A stretch of DNA of 64,000 bases from Squalus acanthias (GCA_030390025.1 CM059432.1:5456001-5520000); one strand, 5' to 3'. Positions 37,448-48,111 are shown, counted from the first letter of the stretch. Notes: generated by a model not told the origin, from the sequence alone. Translations and numbers: made by a program.

Positions 37448-37977
37448 AGGTCATAATACAAGAAAATATGAGGAAACCCAGGGGGGCAAGAATTGAAACA
37501 ACCTTTATACATACACAGTCAGACCAAAAACGATTTAAGAAAATCTTCCATTCCATTGTCCGAACTGTTTTTTTTTGTTATTCTGGGAGTGAAGCGTTCT
37601 TCAACTAAGATTTTTTGTTGTTGTGCATTTTGATTGCTGGTTTCAGAAATAAAATCAAGTACATTTATCGCGTTTTATCATTTATTCTAATGTTAAAAAC
37701 GACGACGCGTCATCTAAAATCGATCATAAATCCTATTGTAATAATTCCCTGCGATTTCGGAGATTATTGTGAAAGAGGAAAAAAAATGACCACATTCAGT
37801 GTTTTACAAAGAAACTATTTTGTAAATGTGAAGAGTAGGGTCGACAGTTTTGAGCACTTTGATTCTTTGTAGTTGCTTTGAATAGTTTATTTTTGTTGGT
37901 AGCGCATTACATGTTTGTGTGTCACCCATTATAAGTTGTTCACCTTTCACTGATTATCAGCCGAGGGTAAAATTTCA

Positions 37978-38350
37978 CAGAATCATAGAATATTACAGCA
38001 CAGAAGGAGGCCATTCGGCCCATCGAATCCGTGCTGGCTCTTTCAAAGAGCGATCCAATTAGTCCCACTCCCCCCTGCTCTTTCCCCATAGCTCGGTAAT
38101 TTTCTCCCCTTCAAGTATTTATCCAGTCCCCTTTTGAAAGTTATTATTGAATCTGCCTCCACCACCCTTTCAGGCAGCACATTCCAGATCACAACAACTC
38201 ACTGCGTAAAAAATTCTCCTCATCTCCCCCCGGCTCTTTCACCAATTATCTTAAACCTGTGTCCCCCGCTTACCGACCCTTCTGCCACTGGAAACAGTAT
38301 CTCCTTATTTACTCTATCAAAACCCTTCACGATTTTGAACACCTCTACCA
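37978..38350 (-). mobile_element. CR1 3' fragment in the putative 3' UTR
   Basis: Reverse-complement VEVFKIVKGFDRV..GHRFKII and an (attctatg) tail. Confidence 0.85.
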
Positions 38351-38498
38351 AATTTAATTGAACAAATCTCTTTTTATTCTGGTTGATTATAAATTTTATT
38401 TCTTGCACGTTACACTTCACGGCTGATTTTTTTCCTGCCGTGTGCACATCCCGAACCTTCAAGTGAATATCAGGTTGAGACTAGTGCACAACTGTTTA

Positions 38499-39260
38499 AA
38501 ATAAAAAGAGAAGATGCTGGAAACGCTCAGCAGGTCAGGCAGCATCTGTGGAGAGAGAAAACAGAGAGTCAACGTCTCAGGTCGATGACCTTTCGTCAGA
38601 ACTGGAAAAAAGTTCTGCGATGCGGTCTCCTCTACATTGGGGAGACCAAACGCAGATTGGGTGATCGCTTTTGTTGAACACCTCCGTTCAGTCCGTAAGG
38701 GTGACCCCGAGCTTCCGGTCGCCTGTCACTTTAATTCTCCGCTCCACTCCTACTCTGACCTCTCCGTCCTCGGCCTCTTACACTGTTCCAATGAAGCTCA
38801 ACGTAAGCTCGAAGAACAGCATCTCATCTTTCGATTCGGCACTTTACAGCCTTCTGGACTCGACATCGAGTTCAACAATTTCAAATCATAACCTCTGCCC
38901 CCATTTTTTCGGACGGCAGCTGCTGATTGTCTGCCATTCCCATTTACACCTTTTCTAGACCCATCTTTTGTTTCTTTACTTGTCCCATTACCATCTCCTT
39001 TTGCCTCGCACCATCATCCCTTTTGTCATTTAATCTCTCCTGCCTTCCACCCTATCACAGACCTTCCCTTTTGTTCTTTCCTCCACTCCCCCCTTTCCCT
39101 GCCTCTGTACTTGCTTAAAACCTGTTAAATCGCTAACCTTTTCCAGTGCTGACAAAAGGTCATCGACCTGAAACGTTAACTCTGTTTCTCTCTCCACAGA
39201 TGCTGCCTGACCTGCTGAGTATTTCCAGCATTTTCTCTTTTTATTTCAGATTTTTGCTTT
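38499..39260 (+). mobile_element. Fold-back PLE family B insertion (GIY-YIG remnant plus terminal repeat, with inverted arm ~38499-38613)
   Basis: GLLYIGETKR..EHLRSV..PVACHFN..RKLEEQHLIFRFGTLQPSGLDIEF. Hammerhead-like motifs at 39145-39181 (+) and 38567-38603 (-). Confidence 0.85.
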
Positions 39261-39486
39261 TGGACAAACCTATTTAATCCTGGGAATGAAAATAAACATA
39301 TGAATTTGTTCGAACTGTGAGCATTTAAAGAGCTGTTTATATGTATGTTGAAATAAAGCAGAGAAATTAATCACTTGTTAGCATGTTATGCACCATAGGT
39401 CTGATTGTTAATGAATGAAATCACGGCATCTTTGCTTAAAGACGTGTCTGTTTATATGCGGACTTGCCTGTAAATATTTCTGGTTC

Positions 39487-39540
39487 AATAAATGCTGGGC
39501 AAGCTGACTCTATAAGTCTTGTGTCTGATTCCTGTGTCAC
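39487..39540 (+). terminator. Best candidate polyadenylation signal
   Basis: AATAAA at 39487-39492 followed about 25-45 nt later by GT-rich gtcttgtgtctgattcctgtgtc. Confidence 0.45.
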
Positions 39541-39689
39541 CTTATGCTTCCAAAAGAAGTAATGCATCTCCTCAGTCAACAGGCATGATGCAGGAAGTTG
39601 CACATGTGTCGTACACGCAACGATTTCAAAGGATAGGTAACTGTTTCAGGGTGTGATATGCAGCGATAGTACATCGTCAGCTGATAAGT

Positions 39690-40160
39690 CAGCTGTGGCT
39701 CAGTGAGTGGCACTCTCACCTTCTGAGTCAGAAGGTTGTGGGTTCAAGTCCTACTCCATGAAACTTTAGCACATAAATCTAGGTTGACACTCCAGTGCAG
39801 TACTGAGGGAGTGCTGCACTGTCAGAGGTACCGTCTTTCAGATGAGACATTAAACTGGGGCCCCGTCTGCCCTCTCAGGTGGATGTAAAAGATCCCACGG
39901 CCACTATTCCAAAGAAGAGCAGGGGAGTTCTCTCCGGTGTCTTGGGCCAATATTTATACTTCAATCAACATCACTAAAAAAACAGGTTATCTGGTCATTA
40001 TCACATTGCAGTTTGTGGGATCTTGCTGTGCGCAAATTGGCTGCTGCGTTTCCTACATTACAACAGCGACTACACTTCAAAAAAGTACTCCATTGGCTGT
40101 AAAGCGCTTTGGGACGTCCGGTGGTCGTGAAAGGCGTTATAGAAATGCAAGTCTTTCCTT
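39690..40160 (+). mobile_element. Deu-type SINE (family A)
   Basis: A/B boxes, central domain and L2-like tail. Confidence 0.85.
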
Positions 40161-40736
40161 TTATTAATGCATACAAGGTTGACAATTGCGCCAGGGAAAC
40201 AGAAGCAGCAACATTCTGCGTACTCCTTCCAAATCGTATTCCTGTCTGAGCCCCAACAGTAAACAAGGCAAGCTTGCGGGAGATTGTTACGGTGTTATCG
40301 CTCTGGTCCTACAGCACAGCCTCACTTACCATTCAACCTTTTGAAAGCGTTGCCGAGCAAAGGGCTGCCTGCTGATTTGTGCTGCCTCTTGCCTTCCGGC
40401 TGTTACGCTGCACAGAAAACAAAGAAAGAATTTCCTTCGATAAGGCCATTTTGACAACTCGATTTATTGCGCTGTGTTTATCTGTAAAGTTTACTTTTTT
40501 TGTGCTTACGTTGATCAGATACTGATCTTTTTAAAAATTGAATTGGGACATTTTGCTCCATTAAAGGCGCTATAAATGTGAACATTGGAACCTAGGAATG
40601 GGAGGAGGCCATTCAGCCCCTCGAGCCTGTTCCACCATTCAGTGAGATCACGGCTGATCCGTATCTTAACTCCATCCACCCGCCTTGGTTGCGTAACCTT
40701 TAATACCCTTGCCCAACAAAAATCTATCGTTCTCAG

Positions 40737-40963
40737 TGACGTAAGAAAACTACTAGGCACTTGGTCTAAGCGTTAAACAAAGCTTTAATCAACTGTTTTA
40801 CAACATGGAGGTCTAGTTGTGTCCGTCACTAGTTCCTGTTAAGAATGTCCTGCACAAGCTGGGCCCGTGCCCGAGTATTTATACTCTCCCTGGACAGCGC
40901 CACCCACAGGCCACTCAGTATTATTTCATAAGTCTTTCTTTCATGAATGACAGATTCATGTCA
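40737..40963 (-). mobile_element. Solo LTR (227 bp) inserted in a CR1 3' end
   Basis: TGAC..GTCA termini and 5-bp TSD ctcag (40732-40736, 40964-40968). On the - strand, TATAAA precedes ATTAAA. The host CR1 continues across it. Confidence 0.8.
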
Positions 40964-41828
40964 CTCAGTTTTGAAATTTTCAATTGACCGCCCCCCTCCC
41001 CCCCTCTGCCCCCCCCCCCCCCCCAGCCTCAACACCTTTTTGTGGGAGAGAGTTCCAGATTTCCACCACCCATTGTGCTTCCTGACATCACTCCTGAACG
41101 GCCTGGCTCTAATATTTAACGTCATGCTGGAGAAATGCAAGTTGTTGTTGTCTTTGTTGTTGTTGACGAGGATTCATTCATATTGTGGCATTTGCCTCCC
41201 TGATCACCGGCAACAGGCTTGTCACCGCCGGTAGCCTGGCTGTTTTATTGGGAGGGGCCACAGTTTGAATCAATTGGCACAAAACGGAGAGATGCGGGCT
41301 GGTGCCTAAAGCTGCCCCACTCTGCTGAACTTTTAGTCTCAGCCGCACTGCTTAAAGAAACTGCTAAACCTAATTGAAGCTCCAGCCCTGGGAAGGCAGG
41401 TAAAATTGAGAGGTCGCACAACACCAGGTTATAGTCCAACAGTTTTATTTGAAATCACAAGCTTTCGGAGCTATCGATTGCTCCTTCCTCAGGTGAAGTA
41501 AATTAGATACAGAATCGCCAAAGCATATATAGATAGAAAACAAAGCATGTGTACTTTACAATTGCAGACCAATAAATTAAATCATCCTGACTATCTGCCG
41601 AGGTGTGATAAAGTTAATTAAGTCAGCCAGGAAGGTACCACATCAAAGACATAGCAAGATACAACTGAGACAATGAGGTGTAGTCGCAGGGGTTCTAACG
41701 TGTCAAAAGCTGCCGTCTGTATGTAAAACGAAAAGCTTTAAAAAAATTTTACTTTTTTACTGGGAAAATTTTTACTTTTTTACTGGGAATCACATCTGTG
41801 AACAACCTAACGACGACTCGAGTCCGGA

Positions 41829-43415
41829 TCACGTCATGTATCGTGACATAAACCCAAGATCCCGATTGAGACCGTCTTCATGAGTGCGGAACTTGGCTAT
41901 CAGTTTCTGCTCGATGATTTTGCGTTGTCGTGTGTTTCTAAGGTTGCCTTGGAGAACGCTTACCCGCAGATCCGAGGCTGAATGTCCTTGACTGCTGAAG
42001 TGTTCCCCGACTGGGAGGTAACAATCCTGCCTGGCGATTGTTGCGCGGTGCTCGTTCATATGTTGTCTCAGTGTCTGCATGGTCTCGCCGATGTACCATG
42101 CCGCGGTGCATTCTTTCCTGCAACGTATGAGGTAGACAACGTTGGCCGAGTCACATGAGTATGTACCATGTACCTGGTGGGTAGTGTCCTCACGTGTGAT
42201 GGTGGTATCTGTGTTGATGATCTGGCATGTCTTGCAGAGTTTGCCGTGGCAGGGTTGTGTGGTGTCGTGGTCGCTGTTATCCTGAAAGCTGGGTAATTTG
42301 CTGCGAACGATGGTACTTCTGAGGTTAGGCGGCTGTTTGAAGGCAAGTAGTGGAGGCGTGGGGATGGCCTTAGCAAGGTGTTTGTCGTCATCGATGACAT
42401 GTTGAAGGCTGCGAAGAACATGGCGTAGTTTCTCCGCTCCGGGGAAGTACTGGACGACGTAGTTGTTGGTTGTGTCCCGTGTTTGCCTTCTGAGGAGGTC
42501 TATGCGATTTTTCGCTGTGGCCCGTCGGAACTGTCGATCGATGAGTCGAGCGTCATATCCCGTTCTTACGAGGGCGTTTTTCAGCGTCCGTAGGTGTCCA
42601 TCGCGTTCCTCCTCGTCTGAGCAGATCCTGTGTATTCGCAGGGCTTGTCCATAGGGGATGGCTTCTTTAACATGGTTAGGGTGGAAGCTGGAGAAGTGGA
42701 GCATCGTGAGGTTGTCCGTGGGCTTGCGGTAGAGTGAAGTGCTGAGGTGTCCGTCTTTGATGGAGATTCGTGTGTCCAGGAATGAGACCGATTCTGAGGA
42801 GTAGTCCATGGTGAGTTTGATGGTGGGATGGAACTTGTTTATGTTATCGTGTAGTCTTTTCAGTGATCCTTCGCCATGGGTCCAAAGGAAGAAAATGTCG
42901 TCGATGTATCTGGTGTACAGCGTTGGCTGGAGGTCCTGTGCAGCGAAGAAGTCTTGCTCGAACTTGTGCATGAAGATGTTGGCGTATTGGGGTGCGAATT
43001 TGGTCCCCATGGCTGTTCCGTGTGTTTGGGTAAAAAAATGGTTGTCGAAGGTGAAGACATTGTGGTCAAGGATGAAGCGGATGAGTTGTAGGATGGCGTC
43101 TGGAGATTGGCTGTTGTTGATGTTGAGTACTGAGGCTGTTGCAGCGATGCCGTCATCGTGGGGGATACTGGTGTAGAGTGCCGATACGTCCATCGTGGCA
43201 AGGAGTGTTCCTGGTTCAACTGGTCCGTGGGTGCTGAGTTTCTGTAAGAAGTCTGTAGTGTCGCGACAGAAGCTGGGGGTTCCCTGTACGATGGGTTTCA
43301 GAATGCCCTCGACGTATCCAGAGAGGTTCTCACACAGGGTTCCATTGCCTGATACGATAGGACGTCCGGGTGTGTTGGCTTTGTGTATCTTTGGGAGGCA
43401 GTAGAAGTCTCCCAC
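41829..43415 (-). CDS. PLE polyprotein fragment: reverse transcriptase + Cys linker + GIY-YIG endonuclease (Neptune-like)
   Basis: FYCLPKIHK..PGRPIVS, ATMDVSALYTSIP, GTAMGTKFAPQYANIFM, RYIDDIF, FLD, CHGKLCKTC and NVVYLIRC..WYIGET..EH. 528 codons without a stop; the N-terminus is lost at the inversion. Confidence 0.93.
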   Translation of the reverse strand: MGDFYCLPKIHKANTPGRPIVSGNGTLCENLSGYVEGILKPIVQGTPSFCRDTTDFLQKLSTHGPVEPGTLLATMDVSALYTSIPHDDGIAATASVLNINNSQSPDAILQLIRFILDHNVFTFDNHFFTQTHGTAMGTKFAPQYANIFMHKFEQDFFAAQDLQPTLYTRYIDDIFFLWTHGEGSLKRLHDNINKFHPTIKLTMDYSSESVSFLDTRISIKDGHLSTSLYRKPTDNLTMLHFSSFHPNHVKEAIPYGQALRIHRICSDEEERDGHLRTLKNALVRTGYDARLIDRQFRRATAKNRIDLLRRQTRDTTNNYVVQYFPGAEKLRHVLRSLQHVIDDDKHLAKAIPTPPLLAFKQPPNLRSTIVRSKLPSFQDNSDHDTTQPCHGKLCKTCQIINTDTTITREDTTHQVHGTYSCDSANVVYLIRCRKECTAAWYIGETMQTLRQHMNEHRATIARQDCYLPVGEHFSSQGHSASDLRVSVLQGNLRNTRQRKIIEQKLIAKFRTHEDGLNRDLGFMSRYMT

Positions 43416-43781
43416 GCGGGGAGTACGTGGGATGAGAGCGCGTAGGATGTTTTGAAGGTCTGGATCGAAGGTCTTGATCAGCTATTGAGTTGGCGGGTGT
43501 GTAAAAAAGTAAAAACAGTAAAAAAGTAAATTTTTTTTAAAGCTTTTCGTTTTACATACAGACGGCAGCTTTTGACACGTTAGAACCCCTGCGACTACAC
43601 CTCATTGTCTCAGTTGTATCTTGCTATGTCTTTGATGTGGTACCTTCCTGGCTGACTTAATTAACTTTATCACACCTCGGCAGATAGTCAGGATGATTTA
43701 ATTTATTGGTCTGCAATTGTAAAGTACACATGCTTTGTTTTCTATCTATATATGCTTTGGCGATTCTGTATCTAATTTACT

Positions 43782-43823
43782 TCACCTGAGGAAGGAGCAA
43801 TCGATAGCTCCGAAAGCTTGTGA
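43782..43823 (+). ncRNA. Minimal hammerhead ribozyme motif (mirror at 41455-41496 on -, sense to the ORF)
   Basis: TCAC-CTGAGGA-aGGAGC-aatcgata-GCTCC-GAAA-gctt-GTGA, with palindromic AAGCTT at helix III. Confidence 0.75.
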
Positions 43824-43980
43824 TTTCAAATAAAACTGTTGGACTATAACCTGGTGTTGTGCGACCTCTCAATTTTGTCCACCCAGTCCAACACCGGCAT
43901 CTCCGCATCAAGGCAGGTAAAACCAGAGTACAATTATTACTGAACCGCTGTAATGCACAATGACGTTCATGAATTGGTTC

Positions 43981-44440
43981 AAGAACGTAAGAAATAGGAG
44001 CAGGAGTCGGCCATATGGCCCCTCGAACCTGCTCTGCCATTCAATAAGATCATGGCTGATCATCGACCTCAACTCCACTTTCCCGCCCGATCTCCATGTC
44101 CCTCGATTCCCCAAGAGTCCAAAAATCTATCTATCCCTGCCTTGAATATGCTCAACGACTGAGCATCCACAGCCCTCTGGGGCAGAGAATTCCAAAGATT
44201 CACCACCCTCTGAGTGAAGAAATTCCTCCTCATCTCAGTCTTAAATGGCCAACCCCTTATTCTGAGACTGTGCCCCCTATTTCTAGACTCTCCAGCCAGG
44301 GGAAACAACCTCTCAGCATCTACCCTGTCAATCCCCCTCAGAATCTTGTATGTTTCAATGAGATCACCTCTCATTCTGCTAAACTCCAGAGAGTACAGGC
44401 CCATTCTACACAATCCCTCCTCATAGGACAGCCCTCTCAT
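43981..44440 (-). mobile_element. CR1 3' fragment
   Basis: MRGLSYEE..RMRGDLIETYKIL..FFTQRVVNLWNSLP. Confidence 0.88.
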
Positions 44441-44467
44441 CGCAGGAGGCATGCTTGAGGACTCCAA

Positions 44468-45262
44468 GGGGGTAATTTTAACCCCCAAAGATGGGTGGGT
44501 TTGGGTCGGGTGGGAAGCTACAATTTTAAAAATTTCAAACCCGATTCCAAACCATCTCGAACCCGCCCACTTCCGGTTTTAACGGAGGCGTGTCGCTCAT
44601 TTAAATATTTCAATGAGGCTGCGTGCCTCAGATTTTTCCTCTGTTCCAGCTTTAACCCCGATCATCCGGGTTTCCCAGACCTCGGGAAACGTGGCAGCTA
44701 AAGGGAGGCGAGGACTACTGCATGCAACAGGTGAGCGCCTTTCCTGCAGTGCTTGTGGGCCAAGAGCATCAGGAATGCTTCCTCCAGACCACCAAGCAAA
44801 CCTGTTAATCTCCCCAGCGATCAGACCCCCTCCCCATGACCCAATGCCCTCCTGATGTCCTCCAGGGCCCCCCGCGATCTCCCCTCCACCTGATATCTCC
44901 CTCGCAAACTTCTCTCCTCCCATAATCTCTTCCGCCTCCCCCAACAATGTCCGCCCTGACCCCCGATCTCTCCGGCTCCGCCCCCCCACCACCCTGTCGA
45001 TATCCCCCCCCCCCCGACCTCCGACCTCTCCCTCCCTCCACTCCACTCCTCGGCTGCGGCCTAGTGCCGCAGGCCTAACCCACCCGACAGCCAGTCAGCC
45101 TCTCAACCTGGCTGGCTGTGGCCGGGAAACAGATTTCAAAAATGATAATCAGGTCCTGCCGTTTAATTCAGCAGGTCCCGAGGGAGACCGGTTCTCCTGG
45201 GTTTCCCGACCGCTAAACTGCCCACCCACTCCCTCCCCACCTCCCACCTAAATCTCGGGGCC
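44468..45262. mobile_element. GC-rich Harbinger-type MITE
   Basis: Ends gggggtaatttta / taaatctcggggcc with CAA on both flanks. Inverted relative of 6327-7169. Confidence 0.6.
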
Positions 45263-45286
45263 CAATAATCTTCTCAGTGAAGGCTG

Positions 45287-45950
45287 TCTTCTTCTTAGGC
45301 AGTCCCTCGGAACCGAGGATGACTTGCTTCCACACTAAAAATGAGTTCTCAGGTGACTGATGAGTCCAATGCGGGACCTACAGTCTCTGTCACAGGTGGG
45401 GCAGACGGTGGTTGACGGGGCGGGTGGGTGGGGTGCTTGAGTTGATGTGCGCTCCTTCCGCTGTTTGCGCTTGGCTTCCGCTTGCTCCCGGCGAAGAAAC
45501 TCGAGGTGCTCGGCGCCTTCCCGGATGCTTCTCCTCCACTTTGTGCGGTCTTGGGCCAGGGATTCCCAGGTGTCGGTGGGGATGTTGCACTTTTTCCAAG
45601 GAGGCTTTGAGGGTGTCCTTGAAGCGTTTCCTCTGCCCACCTGGGGCTCTCTTGCCGTGCCGGAGCTCCGAGTAGAGCGCTTGTTTTGGGAGTCTCGTAT
45701 CGGGCATGGGGACGATGTGATCCGTCCATCGGAGCTGATCGAGCGTGGTCAAAGCTTCGATGCTGAGGATGTTGGCCTGAGCGAGAACACTGACGTTGGT
45801 GCGCCTATCCTGCCAATGGATTTGCAGGATCTTGCGGAGGCAGCGTTGGTGGTACCTCTCCAGGTGCTTTGAGGTGCCTGCTGTATATGGTCCATGTCTC
45901 TGAGGCATACAGCAGGGCGGGTATCACTGCTGCTCTGTAGACCATGAGCA
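45287..45950 (-). mobile_element. RTE-clade LINE 3' fragment
   Basis: Homologous to 9762-10376; retains the C-terminal CPTCDRDCRSRIGLISHLRTH zinc finger. Confidence 0.9.
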
Positions 45951-46059
45951 GTAGTCAGTGAGGGCTGTAGTCCACCCGTGGATCTGCCTGCAGTGTAGTG
46001 CGACCACAGAGCAGGAGTCCCTGAGAGGACTCATGAGGCAAGGGCACGGTGGATACGAG

Positions 46060-46810
46060 GAATGAGGAGGCCACATACTCCTTGGACAATAAGAGTGTAA
46101 ATGGAGTGGAGGAGCAGAGGGATCTGAGGGTACAGATACACAAATCACTAAAAGTAGCGATGCCACTTAACAAGGCCATAAAAAAATGTAAACCAAGCGC
46201 TGGGGTTCATTTCTAGAGGAATAGAATTGAAAAGCAGCAAAGTTGTGTTAAACTTGTATCGAACCCTGGTTAGACCACACTTGGAGTTACTGTGCACAGT
46301 TCTAGTCTCCATATTATAAAAAGGATCTAGAGGCACTGGAGAAGGTGCAAAAAAATATTTACAAGATTGATAACTGAGAGGTTATAACTATCAGGAAAGG
46401 CTGAGCAGGCTGGGGCTCTTTTCTCTTGAAAAAGGGAAGGCTGTGGGGTGAACTGATAGAGGTCTTTAAAATTATGAAAGGGTTTGAGAGGGTAGATGTA
46501 GAGAAGATGTTTCCACTTGTGGGTGAGACCAGAACAAGGGGCCATCAATATAAGATGGTCACTAATAAATCCAATAGGGAATTCGGGAGAAACTTCTTTA
46601 CCCAGAGAGTGGTGAGAATGTGGAACTCGCTACCACAGGGAGTGGTTGAGGCCAATAGCACAGATGCATTTAAGGAAAAGCTAGATAAGCACATGAGGGA
46701 GAAAGGAATAGAGGGATATGGTGATGGGGTGAGATGAAGAGGGGTGAGAGGAGTCTGGTGTGGAGCATAAACCAGTTGGACCGAATGGCCTGTTTCTGTG
46801 CTGGCAATAC
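46060..46810 (+). mobile_element. CR1 3' fragment
   Basis: LYRTLVRPHLE..FFTQRVVRMWNSLPQGVV. Confidence 0.85.
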
Positions 46811-47108
46811 TATGTAAGCAAGATGTCTGCCGAGGTCTTTGCCGCGATTTAGATTATAGCAGGTGAGTGCCCCTTTAATACCGCTGGAACTGGCCGTTTC
46901 CCCAGCCTGTGACACCCATGATTTGTGGGTGGGTTTAGGAAGCAGGCGGCGGTATCACTGACTCGCGCGAAATTGGCGGATGGATCCTAATCATGTCACA
47001 GGACTCCGCATCCCCCGCCACCCCATCCCCCGCCCAATTTTTGTCCCGCTCCTGCCCCATTCCACCGAAAAGCAGTGGAGAAGGCAGGCAAAGGTTGACT
47101 TTTAATAT

Positions 47109-47588
47109 TACGGTAGCATAGTGGTTATGTTACTGGTACTAGTAATCCAGTAGACCTAGACCTAGACTAATGATCCCAGAGACGTGAGTTCAAATCCCAC
47201 CACGGCAGCTGGGGAATTTAAATTCAATTAATTAAATAAATCTGGAATAAAAAGCTAGTATCAGTAATGGTGACCATGAAACTACTGGAATGTCATAAAA
47301 ACCCATCTGGTTCACGAATGTCCTTTAGGGAAGGAAATCTGCCGTCCTTACCCGGTCTGACCTATATGTGACTCCAGACCCACAGCAATGTGGTTGACTC
47401 TGAAATGGCCTAGCGAGACACTCAGTTGTACCAAACCGCTACGACAAAGTCAGCGCTGTGGGAGCACCTTCACCACACGGACTGCAGCGGTTCAAGAAGG
47501 CGGCTCACCACCACCTTCTCAAGGGCAGTTAGGGATGGGCAATAAATGCTGGGCCTTGCCAGCGACGCCCACATCCTGTAAAAAAAAA
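47109..47588 (+). mobile_element. Full-length tRNA-derived SINE (family B)
   Basis: A-box-like tagcatagtgg, B box gagttcaaatcc, and a 3' tail nearly identical to the LINE end at 905-1025. Confidence 0.85.
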
Positions 47589-47986
47589 ACTAATAAAATA
47601 ACTCACCATTGCAATGGGTGCATCCCCCCGCCCCCCCCCCATGCCTAAGTTAGCTCACCTTTGCGCTGCTAAGATATTTAAAGGCAGCTTAAGCCATCGT
47701 GGAAAGAGATTTATATTGTTCAGTGGAATGTGCTGTGGCCAAGCTTTGCTCAATAATATTTGGATAAGATGTATTTTTAAAATCGTACTGGCAAAACTAA
47801 ATTCTCTGTCAGCTCTCTGGCGTTGATGATTCGTTTCTAGTTTAGTCGTTGGGTTCAAGAACTGGGGCATTGTACAGATTCTGGGGCCAAAGCCAGTCGA
47901 GTGAGAGTGACAAGGGGTGAGGAGCAAGAGAGCGAATATTACTGGTTAGCAAAGTCTCAATGCAAACTGAGAGGGGTATTTGTCAC

Positions 47987-48111
47987 CAATGTTCCCGTTA
48001 AGCCGCGCAGAGGTCCCGTGCAGGCCGCTTGCCGGCTTTATAATGGAAAAAAAAAACCCGCGGAAATTTGAATGGGCCGTGCACCCTCCCAGAAAATTAG
48101 AGGGGACATTG
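47987..48111. mobile_element. Small hAT-like MITE
   Basis: TIRs caatgttcccgttaa / ttagaggggacattg, flanks tttgtcac / (t)tttgtcat. Confidence 0.65.

Larger units (their letters stand above)
37448..39510 (+). other. LAPTM4B: Probable LAPTM4B 3' UTR
   Basis: AT-rich sequence after the stop, with AATAAA at 37648, 39291, 39352 and 39487. The true end cannot be determined from sequence. Confidence 0.5.
41406..43909 (-). mobile_element. Penelope-like retroelement (family A), 5'-truncated, with inverted terminal arms
   Basis: 13-bp TSD aaggcaggtaaaa (41393-41405, 43910-43922). Arms 41402-41783 / 43501-43876. 33-nt tail at 43877-43909. Confidence 0.93.

Noticed and set aside
37853..37860. AGCACTTT miR-17/miR-430-type seed match in the 3' UTR
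   Set aside because: A single short match is expected by chance, and conservation cannot be assessed here.
41402..43876. Long terminal inverted repeats suggesting a DNA transposon or DIRS element
   Set aside because: The ORF is PLE RT + GIY-YIG with no transposase or tyrosine recombinase. The arms are copies of the element's own 3' end.
43890..43909. PLE tail ccggcatctcc resembles the 3' end of tRNA-Ala (possible tRNA mimic or primer site)
   Set aside because: The match is only about 11 nt, with no T-arm consensus or CCA. The adjacent bases are explained by pairing with the upstream segment.
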